Positions 9,174 to 17,182 of a stretch of DNA of 64,000 bases are shown one piece after another. Numbering within the stretch: position 1 is the first letter of the stretch; every line of letters begins with the position of its first letter. The notes under the pieces were generated by a model, which saw only the letters and a program-made list of their open reading frames with translations, did not search any database and was not told the origin of the DNA. The position numbers were made by a program, and so were the translations under genes. The stretch is from positions 76,110-140,109 of the forward strand of contig CAYVKP010000001.1 of the NCBI GenBank assembly GCA_964452165.1, written 5' to 3'. Source of the DNA: an uncultured Gammaproteobacteria bacterium (GTDB lineage Bacteria > Patescibacteriota > Microgenomatia > Levybacterales > GWA1-39-11).

Positions 9174-9938
9174 ATGCGGGAAATTAAGTTTGTAACTCAT
9201 ATATCGCGAAACTTCTATCTATATTTCCTAGTTTTTCTTCTTTTAAAGCTTGTCTTTAATTTTCAAACAAGCTTGCAATTGTTTTTTTTGGGATTGCTTG
9301 CATATGGAGTTGGATATGCGCCCGTATACTTCTTGAATGATTCTCAAGACCATAAAGAGGACAAAGCGGACCATAAGGACAATCTTTATTCGGCAATAGG
9401 GAGTCCGGCATTATTTTGGATCATTACGTTTTCTCTATTCGCAGTTGGAGCTTACTTAGGTATTTTGGTATCAACTAAGGGCTATATCTTAATGCTCGTC
9501 TGCTACATACTTAACTTTCTGCACAGCTTTAGGCCTTTTAGGTTTAAGGGGAACCTTATGCATTATTCCGCGAACTACTTTATTATGAACCTGGTTAAGT
9601 TTGGGCTCATGATTTCATATCTCCATTTTACCTTTACAACTAGCCTCATAGGATTGATGCTTATGTTTGCCTCTGGAGCAACGCTTGCTGGGTTAATTTA
9701 TAAAAGACATAAGCATAAAAACACGATAATTGAGGGTATTTTTGGCTTTATTTTTTTGATAGCTTCAGCTATTTCTACTTACCAGTATCCAAAACTATTG
9801 ATACTCTTGGCGCCGATCGTAGTTCTTATGGTTTATGCAAACAATAAATACAAAGATAAACCGCTGCCGGCCAACCAATTCCAACTCGCGATGCTTATTT
9901 ATTCTCTCGTTGTCTTCGCAATAATAACCTTCTTGTAA
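9174..9938 (+). CDS. UbiA-like prenyltransferase-family membrane protein (putative)
   Basis: Polytopic membrane protein with an NDSQDHKED (NDxxDxxxD) Asp-rich motif. Confidence 0.45.
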   Translation: MREIKFVTHISRNFYLYFLVFLLLKLVFNFQTSLQLFFLGLLAYGVGYAPVYFLNDSQDHKEDKADHKDNLYSAIGSPALFWIITFSLFAVGAYLGILVSTKGYILMLVCYILNFLHSFRPFRFKGNLMHYSANYFIMNLVKFGLMISYLHFTFTTSLIGLMLMFASGATLAGLIYKRHKHKNTIIEGIFGFIFLIASAISTYQYPKLLILLAPIVVLMVYANNKYKDKPLPANQFQLAMLIYSLVVFAIITFL

Positions 9939-9961
9939 ACAAACTACTTCGGTTTTAGAAT
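9932..9961 (+). promoter_or_regulatory. iterated promoter box copy (cttgtaaacaaactacttcggttttagaat) before gene 9969
   Basis: Conserved 5' half; -10 TAGAAT; ATG 7 nt downstream. Confidence 0.5.
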
Positions 9962-9968
9962 CAAATAG

Positions 9969-10544
9969 ATGTATCTTCGGCTGTATTTTTTATTTTTTGG
10001 TTTTGTTGGTTTAATTGCACTGCTTGCTCAGTTTATATCTTTTCCGAACCTAGTAAACTACCTTAGTCTCTTTACAATCTTAAGTAACATTGCGGCAACT
10101 TTTCTTTTTCTTTACCTTGGCTTTATGGGAAAAAGTAGATATTCGGAGACTATAGATTTTCTATTCGGTGCTTTTGTAATGTATATAATGCTTACTACTA
10201 CGGGTTATTGGGTATTTCTTAGAAATGAACCCGTTCTGACCCCATGGATTAATATAGTACTTCACCTAGTTATGCCAGGCGCAGTCGTGGTGGGCTGGAT
10301 AATCCATAAGCACCAAAAGACGCTAAAGTACAAAACAGTTTTAATATGGCTCACTTTTCCAGTTCTTTACCTTGTTTATACGCTTGTTCGCGGGGGCCTC
10401 ACAAATTGGTATCCATACCCATTTTTAAATCCCGCAGAGTCCGGTGGATACGGAGGAGCTTTTATTTACGTAGCCATTCTTTCAATAGCTGCTTATCTTT
10501 TTGGCATCGCAACAGTTTTCATCGGCAACAAACTCCGCAAATAA
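9969..10544 (+). CDS. integral membrane protein, 5-6 TM, function unknown
   Basis: Hydrophobic helices; NWYPYPFL motif; no confident family assignment. Confidence 0.5.
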   Translation: MYLRLYFLFFGFVGLIALLAQFISFPNLVNYLSLFTILSNIAATFLFLYLGFMGKSRYSETIDFLFGAFVMYIMLTTTGYWVFLRNEPVLTPWINIVLHLVMPGAVVVGWIIHKHQKTLKYKTVLIWLTFPVLYLVYTLVRGGLTNWYPYPFLNPAESGGYGGAFIYVAILSIAAYLFGIATVFIGNKLRK

Positions 10545-10548
10545 TAAT

Positions 10549-10576
10549 CTTGTAAATAAATTGCTCCTGGTATAAT
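10549..10576 (+). promoter_or_regulatory. iterated promoter box copy (cttgtaaataaattgctccTGgTATAAT) before gene 10582
   Basis: Same box; ATG 5 nt after the -10. Confidence 0.55.
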
Positions 10577-10581
10577 TAAGC

Positions 10582-11358
10582 ATGGCACCCACGCAATTTG
10601 AAGATGTTAATAGTCTTCTAGGTGAACTTCTAAAAGAGCTGCAGACCGTTCTTGGTGAAAAACTCGTAGGCTTGTATCTTTATGGATCGCTTGTTTGGGG
10701 AGATTTTGACCATGATATCAGCGATATTGATTTATTGGCCGCAACCTCGGAAGACATAAATCAAGAAGATCTTGAGGCATTAAGAACAATGCATGAAGAT
10801 TTTACCAGTAAACACCTTAGGTGGAAAGACAGGATTGAAATTCAATACGTTTCAGTTTCGGTATTAAAAACATATAAATCTTCCGCAGAGGAAGGAACCC
10901 TAGCCGCGATAAGTCCAGGGGATCCGCTTAAGATAGCGCCTGCCTTAAAGGATTATTTAATGAATTGGTATTCTGTCATGGAGAAAGGGATTACGCTTTT
11001 TGGACCTGATCCCAAAACGGTTATCGAACCTGTTTCGAAAGAAGAGTTTATCCAAGCGGTAAAGAAAAACGTAAGCAAATGGACTACGTATATAGAGGGG
11101 ACAAAACATTCTCGCCCTTATCAGGCATATGCAATATTAACCATGTGTAGGGCGCTATACGCTTATAAAAATGGCGAACAGCCTTCAAAAAAGCAAGCGG
11201 CTGAGTGGGCGCAGAAAGAATTACCGGATTGGGCTCCATTGATACAAGATGCTTTATCTTGGCGCAAAGATTACAGGAATGAAAATGTTGAACATGAGAA
11301 AACGTACCCCAAAACAGTTGAGTTCGTCAATTTCATAAGTAAGCTGATCCAAGAGTAA
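10582..11358 (+). CDS. nucleotidyltransferase-domain protein, ANT(9)/ANT(3'')-like aminoglycoside adenylyltransferase fold
   Basis: GSLVWGDFDHDISDIDLL NTase motif, roughly 260 aa with a helical C-terminal domain as in AadA-type enzymes. Confidence 0.6.
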   Translation: MAPTQFEDVNSLLGELLKELQTVLGEKLVGLYLYGSLVWGDFDHDISDIDLLAATSEDINQEDLEALRTMHEDFTSKHLRWKDRIEIQYVSVSVLKTYKSSAEEGTLAAISPGDPLKIAPALKDYLMNWYSVMEKGITLFGPDPKTVIEPVSKEEFIQAVKKNVSKWTTYIEGTKHSRPYQAYAILTMCRALYAYKNGEQPSKKQAAEWAQKELPDWAPLIQDALSWRKDYRNENVEHEKTYPKTVEFVNFISKLIQE

Positions 11359-11388
11359 CTTGTAAATAAATTACTCTGGGTGTATCAT
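11359..11388 (+). promoter_or_regulatory. iterated promoter box copy (cttgtaaataaattactctgggTGtATCAT) before gene 11397
   Basis: Conserved 5' half; -10 TATCAT; TTG start 8 nt downstream. Confidence 0.5.
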
Positions 11389-11396
11389 GCTCCAAA

Positions 11397-12134
11397 TTGC
11401 AGTCCGACTATATATCTATACGCTATAAAGAAGCTATACCGGTGGTAAGCCTCTGCTATTTATGCGATGAACCTTTAGATTCAACTGCCACTTCTGACCA
11501 TATTATTCCAAATCATTTATTTAAACCTGGGGATCCTCATAGACCAAAACTACCCGTACATTATGCCTGTAATAATTTGAAATCAAAGGAAGATGAATGG
11601 TTTGTTAAGCAATTACAATTACGATCTGCTTTTGACAAAGGTGCTGAGGAAGAATTTTCAAAGTTAATGACGAAAGCCATAATTGAAAAACCTGATGCAT
11701 ACATAATTGGCAAAAAGCTACACAACTATAAGTTGGCAAAAGGAATGTTCGAAGGAATAGAGTGGGGATTTGAACTGCCATACAAAGACGAGGCTCTCAT
11801 GCAATTTAAAATACCGAAAAACATCGCGGAGCGCTTTGGAAAAAATGTGGAGGATTTATGTACCGGATTGTATATTCGCAATATACCATCATCAAAACCA
11901 TCTAGGCCCGAAATTATGTTAACACAGGACAAAAAACTTGCTTTTAATGGTAAAGCTGAAGGATTTTATAATTCAATAATTGGATTTATGAAAGCTTCAG
12001 AAAGTAGTCTATTTATGCAACGCTGGGATAGTAGGATTTTCTACGTAGGAAGTCGCGTTGCAGAAACACCAGATAAAGGCTTTATATTCATCCAGTTTTA
12101 TACCCAATTCAATATTCTGGCTGTTTTTAGATAG
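11397..12134 (+). CDS. hypothetical protein with HNH-like N-terminal motif
   Basis: CYLCDEPLDSTATSDHIIPNHLF (CxxC...DHxxP...H). TTG start; start uncertain. Confidence 0.45.
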   Translation: MQSDYISIRYKEAIPVVSLCYLCDEPLDSTATSDHIIPNHLFKPGDPHRPKLPVHYACNNLKSKEDEWFVKQLQLRSAFDKGAEEEFSKLMTKAIIEKPDAYIIGKKLHNYKLAKGMFEGIEWGFELPYKDEALMQFKIPKNIAERFGKNVEDLCTGLYIRNIPSSKPSRPEIMLTQDKKLAFNGKAEGFYNSIIGFMKASESSLFMQRWDSRIFYVGSRVAETPDKGFIFIQFYTQFNILAVFR

Positions 12135-12158
12135 CTCACAGTCTATCGATATTAAGTC

Positions 12159-12187
12159 TTGACTTAATTAAGTGGAGGGTTTATAAT
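12159..12187 (+). promoter_or_regulatory. consensus sigma-70 promoter (TTGACT-17-TATAAT) for arsR; near-leaderless
   Basis: TTGACT at 12159-12164, 17-nt spacer, TATAAT at 12182-12187; ATG at 12195. Confidence 0.55.
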
Positions 12188-12194
12188 ACTCCTA

Positions 12195-12518
12195 ATGGAC
12201 ACATTTCAAGCTCTTTCTGACCCCAACCGTCGCCGTATTATCGAGTTAATCGCTGCTAAGGGACAACTTACTGCCACAGATATTTCAGACAACTTCAAAG
12301 TCTCAGCACCAGCAATTTCCCAACACTTAAAAATCTTACGAGAAGCAAAATTGGTTGACATGGAAAAGCGAGCACAACAAAGAATTTATACAATTAACAC
12401 TGCTTCAATTCATGAAATAGAAGAGTGGGCAAGAAAAATGGTCGCGACATGGGACGCGCGCTTTAAAAAATTAGACAAGTTACTTGAGGATCTTAAAAAG
12501 AAGGGAGGGAAAAAATAA
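12195..12518 (+). CDS. ArsR/SmtB-family transcriptional regulator
   Basis: LSDPNRRRIIELI...ISQHLKILREAKLV winged HTH. Confidence 0.85.
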   Translation: MDTFQALSDPNRRRIIELIAAKGQLTATDISDNFKVSAPAISQHLKILREAKLVDMEKRAQQRIYTINTASIHEIEEWARKMVATWDARFKKLDKLLEDLKKKGGKK

Positions 12519-12982
12519 TGGATAACAACACTCAATTTGAAGTAGATAAAAATAATTTACAGGTTACAATCACGCGTGTTTTCAATGCTACACCTGACAA
12601 ACTTTGGGCTGCATATACAAAGCCTGAATTAATCGTTAAATGGTGGGAAGGAACAGTCGTTGATAAATTAGAGATGAACGTAGGGGGTGCATGGCGTTTT
12701 GTAAGCAAGAGCCCTGACGGTCAAGAACACGCATTCCGGGGAGAGTTCAAAGAAATTGACGAGCCAAAAAAAATTGTCAGAACTTTTGAATACGAACCAA
12801 TGGCCGGACACGTAATGACTGAAACTCTAAATCTCACGCCTGTTGGAGACAACAAAACAAAAGTCACAACAATATCAAGGTTTAAAAACGAACAAGATTT
12901 GGAAGGAATGGTTTCAATGGGAATGAAAGAAGGATCATCTGCCGGTCTTGATAGACTCGCAAAGGTTGTAGAAAGTATGTAA
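12518..12982 (+). CDS. SRPBCC/AHSA1 (activator of Hsp90 ATPase homolog-like) domain protein
   Basis: ITRVFNATPDKLWAAYTKPELIVKWW is typical of PF08327. ArsR-AHSA1 is a common pair. Confidence 0.8.
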   Translation: MDNNTQFEVDKNNLQVTITRVFNATPDKLWAAYTKPELIVKWWEGTVVDKLEMNVGGAWRFVSKSPDGQEHAFRGEFKEIDEPKKIVRTFEYEPMAGHVMTETLNLTPVGDNKTKVTTISRFKNEQDLEGMVSMGMKEGSSAGLDRLAKVVESM

Positions 12983-13112
12983 CTAAAAGTGCGGCCGCAC
13001 TCACTGGAGTTTTCTCATACACTTTCTTAACAAAGTCCTACTTAAAAGCTCTTACAATTCATGTTAAAATGGCTAAGCTAATCTCAGGGAAGATCGGGGA
13101 TTAAAGATAAAA

Positions 13113-13616
13113 ATGCAAAAGATTACCACGTGTCTATGGTTTAAAAAAAATAACGGTGAAGAAGCTGCCAATTACTACGTTGAAACCTTTAACTCAGCCC
13201 CCAACTCTTCTCACAACGGAAAAATTTTGACAAGCCAGAAAACTCCTGAAGCGGCTGCGGAAATATCCGGAAGGCCGGCAGGGTCCCTCCTAACAATTGA
13301 ATTTGAACTAGATGGAGCTCGATTTTTAGGACTAAATGGTGGACCTGTTGAAGGATTTAATTTCTCTCCCGCAACTTCCTTTATTGTAGACTGCGAAACC
13401 CAAGAAGAAATTGATCATTTCTGGAAGGCTCTTTCTGCGGTCCCTGAGGCCGAGCAGTGTGGCTGGTGTACCGATCGCTTTGGAATAACATGGCAAATAG
13501 TCCCAAAAATTTTGACCGAACTGATGAGCGATCCTGCAACGAGCGAAAAAGTAACAGCGGCTTTCATGCCAATGAAAAAACTTAATATAGAAGAACTCAA
13601 AAAAGCTGCCGAATAA
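13113..13616 (+). CDS. VOC/PhnB-like 3-demethylubiquinone-9 3-methyltransferase-domain protein
   Basis: MQKITTCLWF...EEAANYYVETF...CGWCTDRFGITWQIVP, strong PF06983-like pattern. Confidence 0.75.
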   Translation: MQKITTCLWFKKNNGEEAANYYVETFNSAPNSSHNGKILTSQKTPEAAAEISGRPAGSLLTIEFELDGARFLGLNGGPVEGFNFSPATSFIVDCETQEEIDHFWKALSAVPEAEQCGWCTDRFGITWQIVPKILTELMSDPATSEKVTAAFMPMKKLNIEELKKAAE

Positions 13617-13618
13617 TA

Positions 13619-14218
13619 ATGCGAAAGATAATTGTTCTATCATTTATCTCTCTTGATGGTGTGATGCAGGCGCCTGGTGGCCCTGAGGAAGACACTTCAG
13701 GCGGTTTTAAATACGGCGGCTGGACAGCGCCTTTCTTTGATGACTTTGCAGGTAAAATAATGGGCGAGCAAATGAGTGGAGACTACGATTTGCTCTTAGG
13801 AAGAAAGACTTATGATATATTTGCAGGTTATTGGCCTACGCATGCAGGTGAATTCTGGCCCCAAGTAAATAAAATTACAAAATATGTCGTCTCAAAAACT
13901 CTCGAGAAAGGAACTTGGACAAATTCAGTCGTTTTAAAAGATTCATCGGATATCAAAAAACTAAAAGATGAGGACGGAACCCCTCTTCAGGTTCACGGAA
14001 GCGGAAATTTAATTCAGACACTTTTGAAAGAAGATCTAGTGGACGAACTCTGGCTTAAAACATTCCCCGTGACTTTAGGTCCCGGGAAAAAGCTTTTTGC
14101 GGAGGGTACGATTCCCGGTGCATTTACCCTTACTGACAGTAAAGTTTCACCAAGCGGAGTAATATTTGCAAATTACAAGCGTGCGGGAGAAGTCAAAACC
14201 GGCACGGTGGGTGAATAG
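13619..14218 (+). CDS. dihydrofolate-reductase-like RibD_C family protein
   Basis: MRKIIVLSFISLDGVMQAPGGPEED...GRKTYDIFAGYWP, RibD C-terminal (PF01872) pattern. Confidence 0.8.
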   Translation: MRKIIVLSFISLDGVMQAPGGPEEDTSGGFKYGGWTAPFFDDFAGKIMGEQMSGDYDLLLGRKTYDIFAGYWPTHAGEFWPQVNKITKYVVSKTLEKGTWTNSVVLKDSSDIKKLKDEDGTPLQVHGSGNLIQTLLKEDLVDELWLKTFPVTLGPGKKLFAEGTIPGAFTLTDSKVSPSGVIFANYKRAGEVKTGTVGE

Positions 14219-14266
14219 ACAAATCCGCTTGAAAAATATCCCGTATAGAATTAGAATCTACACACC

Positions 14267-14542
14267 ATGTGTCGGAATATTAAACATCTCTTCAACTTTG
14301 ATCCTCCTGCAAGAGAAGACGAAATTAAAGCTGCCGCTGAACAATTCGTAAGAAAAATCTCAGGATTCACCAAGCCTTCGAAGGCAAACGAAAAGGTATT
14401 TAATCATGCAGTCGAACATATAACAGAACATGCGGCGCAACTTCTATCCTCACTTGTCACAGACGCTGATCCTCGAAACCGTGAGGAAGAAGCAAAACGG
14501 GCACACGAAAGAGCAATCAAAAGATTTGGAACACAAAACTAA
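14267..14542 (+). CDS. DUF2277-like small protein
   Basis: MCRNIKHLFNFDPPAREDEIKAAAEQFVRKISGF resembles DUF2277. Confidence 0.55.
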   Translation: MCRNIKHLFNFDPPAREDEIKAAAEQFVRKISGFTKPSKANEKVFNHAVEHITEHAAQLLSSLVTDADPRNREEEAKRAHERAIKRFGTQN

Positions 14543-15115
14543 ATGAGAAAGATAATTGTTTTCAATATGATCTCGGCCGATGGCTATTTTGCAGGAATTG
14601 ATGGCGACATCTCATGGCACATGGTAGACGACGAATTTAATAAATTCGCGATTGAACATACACAAGAGTTTGGAACTATAATTTTTGGCCACACGACTTA
14701 CAAAATCTTTGAAGAATACTGGCCAAAAGCTTTAAAAGACCCAAAAACAGGTGCGGACGATCGTAAAATTGCGCAGATAATAGAGGACGTGCAGAAAATA
14801 GTATTTTCAAAAAAACGTAAAGAGGTCACCTGGAATAATTCGAAGGTATTCAATAAAATTACACCTGAAAATGTAATTGCCTGGAAAGAAAAAAAAGGAA
14901 GCGACGGAAAACCTGCTGCCATTTTTGGAAGCGGGCAGATAGTTGCGCAATTTACGGATCTGGGTTTAATCGACGAATACCGCCTGATGATAAATCCCGT
15001 TATTTTGGGCGCCGGGAAATCTATGTTTGCCGGAGTCAAAAAGCAGAATCTGAAGCTAATAAAAACGCGAGAATTTAAAAATGGAAATATACTCGCCTAT
15101 TACCAACCACAATGA
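14543..15115 (+). CDS. dihydrofolate-reductase-like RibD_C family protein (paralog of 13619..14218)
   Basis: MRKIIVFNMISADGYFAG...GHTTYKIFEEYWP. Confidence 0.8.
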   Translation: MRKIIVFNMISADGYFAGIDGDISWHMVDDEFNKFAIEHTQEFGTIIFGHTTYKIFEEYWPKALKDPKTGADDRKIAQIIEDVQKIVFSKKRKEVTWNNSKVFNKITPENVIAWKEKKGSDGKPAAIFGSGQIVAQFTDLGLIDEYRLMINPVILGAGKSMFAGVKKQNLKLIKTREFKNGNILAYYQPQ

Positions 15116-15474
15116 AAGCTGTAAATATAAAAAATCTTAAGAAACAAAAAATAGGCGCACCGCTTTTTACGGACGAGATTATCATGCAGACGGCAGTTTC
15201 GGAGGAGGAGGGTGCTGACATGGTTGTTGCCTACGTAACTTTTCCTAAAAATGTAAGGAATCGCTTTCATAAACATACACATGACCAGGTTTTAATAGTA
15301 ACTGAAGGCGAGGGATTCTATGAGACAAAAGAAAAACGTTTCATTCTGAAAAAGGGTGATATTGCGTGGAGTCCGGCAGGCGAAGTACATTCACATGGCG
15401 CGCTTGAAAAGGGCAAATTTACACACATTACTGTTACCCCCAAGAAAACAAAACTCACCCAGATTGAGAAGTAA
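15112..15474 (+). CDS. cupin-domain protein
   Basis: FHKHTHDQVLIVTEGEG...GEVHSHGA cupin motifs. Confidence 0.75.
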   Translation: MKAVNIKNLKKQKIGAPLFTDEIIMQTAVSEEEGADMVVAYVTFPKNVRNRFHKHTHDQVLIVTEGEGFYETKEKRFILKKGDIAWSPAGEVHSHGALEKGKFTHITVTPKKTKLTQIEK

Positions 15475-15563
15475 AAATTAGTCGATTTTGATCTACTTAG
15501 TCTAATTTACTTTCGTATTTTTTTCGTATATTATTATTAGTCCCAGACTGACCATGCAGGCCT

Positions 15564-15773
15564 ATGAACCTCTCAGATACCATTATAAAAATTATTAAAT
15601 CCTTCAAGCCAATTGAAGCAAAAACTCAGATTAAAAATCCTGTCATAAACTACAAAAGTCCCACAAATTATGTGTTCCAAAAATTTGAGATGGATAAATC
15701 CCAATTTGAAACTCTTGTTTCTGAGATCTCGAGCAAAATCATTGAAACGATTACCAAAGCGCTGGATAGTTGA
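15564..15773 (+). CDS. small hypothetical protein
   Basis: 69-aa ORF in an otherwise unassigned gap; no homology recognised. Confidence 0.3.
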   Translation: MNLSDTIIKIIKSFKPIEAKTQIKNPVINYKSPTNYVFQKFEMDKSQFETLVSEISSKIIETITKALDS

Positions 15774-15779
15774 TATAAT

Positions 15780-16514
15780 TTGACTATGTACGGAATTGCA
15801 AAGTTTTTAGATCCAAATCATCCAGAAGCACATACGGTCAATACTACGGCTAAGCTCAATTGGCTGCGTGCATCAGTCTTAGGTGCAAATGATGGAGTCG
15901 TATCAATCGCAGGACTCGTCTTGGGAGTCGCTGGGGCAACAAGCCATATTGGAGTAATTGTTGCTGCCGGAGTTGCGGGAATAATTGCAGGAGCCATATC
16001 AATGGCGGCGGGTGAATATGTCTCCGTCTCCTCATCTCGTGATACAGAACACGCACTTCTCAAAAAAGAGGAATATGAACTCAAGAACTATCCCGAGGCA
16101 GAACTTGAAGAGCTGATATCTCTCTATGAGAGAAAGGGTCTTTCAAAAAAAACCGCGACTCAGGTTGCAAATGAACTAACAAAAAAGGATGCATTTGCAG
16201 CGCATGTTGATATTGAACTTGGAATTGACCCTGAGAATCTGACTAACCCGTGGCATGCCGCTGCGGCTTCGGCTATTTCTTATCTGGTTGGGGCAATAAT
16301 TCCGCTTGTTGCGATTATTTTACCCAGCGCGTCTACTCGCGTGCCTATTGCGTTCGGTTCGGTTGTAGTGGCGCTTATTGTTATTGGAACGTTCTCTGCG
16401 GTAGTTGGCGGAGCAAGTATTTCAAGAGCGGTAATAAGAGTGGTTGCCGGGGGAATTCTTGCGATGGGCGTTACCTACTCAATTGGGCGACTCTTTGGAA
16501 TATCAGGACTTTAA
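15780..16514 (+). CDS. VIT1/CCC1-family iron/manganese transporter
   Basis: LRASVLGANDGVVSIAGLVLGVAGA and a C-terminal TM block. Confidence 0.8.
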   Translation: MTMYGIAKFLDPNHPEAHTVNTTAKLNWLRASVLGANDGVVSIAGLVLGVAGATSHIGVIVAAGVAGIIAGAISMAAGEYVSVSSSRDTEHALLKKEEYELKNYPEAELEELISLYERKGLSKKTATQVANELTKKDAFAAHVDIELGIDPENLTNPWHAAAASAISYLVGAIIPLVAIILPSASTRVPIAFGSVVVALIVIGTFSAVVGGASISRAVIRVVAGGILAMGVTYSIGRLFGISGL

Positions 16515-16533
16515 GTAGTGCTATAATACCTCT

Positions 16534-17139
16534 ATGAAAATCGCAGTGATTGGCGCAGGAAATGTAGGTGGAACTCTGGCTAAAAGATTTGCAGATGCCG
16601 GGCATACTGTTGTCCTTGGTGTTAGAAATCAGGACGATCCAAAAGTAAAAATACTTCTTTCAGATAAACTCTCTGCAAAATCAATTTCCGAGGCCGCACG
16701 CGAGGCTGAAGTTATTGTAACCGCAGCATATCCGACGGCGACAAAAGAAATTGCCGAACAACTCGGAGATGTCAAAAACAAGGTAATAATTGACGTCATG
16801 AATACTTTCCGTGGCGCGCCCGTTCCACACAAAACAACCGCCGAGGCACTTCTTGCCTGGACAAATTCAAAAGATGTTGTCCGATGTTTCAACACAACCG
16901 GTTGGCAAAATATGGAAAATCCTACATATAACGGTGAAGGTATTGATATGTTTGTTGCAGGAGACAGCAAGCGCGGAAAAGCACTCGCGACAAAGCTTGC
17001 CAAAGAAATTGGCTTCGGGCAAGTGTACGATCTTGGAGGAAATGATGCATTTGAACTTATGGAAAATATTGTTATAACTTGGGTTGGACTTTCTCAAAAA
17101 CTCGGGCGAGACATTGCTCTTAAGATCCTCAAACGCTGA
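16534..17139 (+). CDS. NAD(P)-binding oxidoreductase, F420-dependent NADP reductase/P5CR-like (PF03807)
   Basis: MKIAVIGAGNVGGTLA Rossmann N-terminus. Leaderless: TGCTATAAT then 6 nt to ATG. Confidence 0.7.
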   Translation: MKIAVIGAGNVGGTLAKRFADAGHTVVLGVRNQDDPKVKILLSDKLSAKSISEAAREAEVIVTAAYPTATKEIAEQLGDVKNKVIIDVMNTFRGAPVPHKTTAEALLAWTNSKDVVRCFNTTGWQNMENPTYNGEGIDMFVAGDSKRGKALATKLAKEIGFGQVYDLGGNDAFELMENIVITWVGLSQKLGRDIALKILKR

Positions 17140-17182
17140 ACACAAAACGATAGGAAAAGATCTTCTTAGGAAATAGAGGCGA

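Noticed and set aside
12985-13005. Perfect 14-bp palindrome agtgcggccgcact (NotI site) after the AHSA1 gene, considered as a terminator
   Set aside because: The stem is plausible but is not followed by a U-run. At best it is a weak or factor-dependent terminator, so it is not reported as a feature.
15818-16084. Overlapping minus-strand ORFs (88 and 66 aa) inside the VIT1 gene
   Set aside because: Antisense to a conserved transporter; Arg/Pro-rich shadow-frame composition.
16629-17145. Minus- and plus-strand ORFs overlapping the F420-type reductase gene
   Set aside because: Shadow ORFs within a Rossmann-fold CDS.
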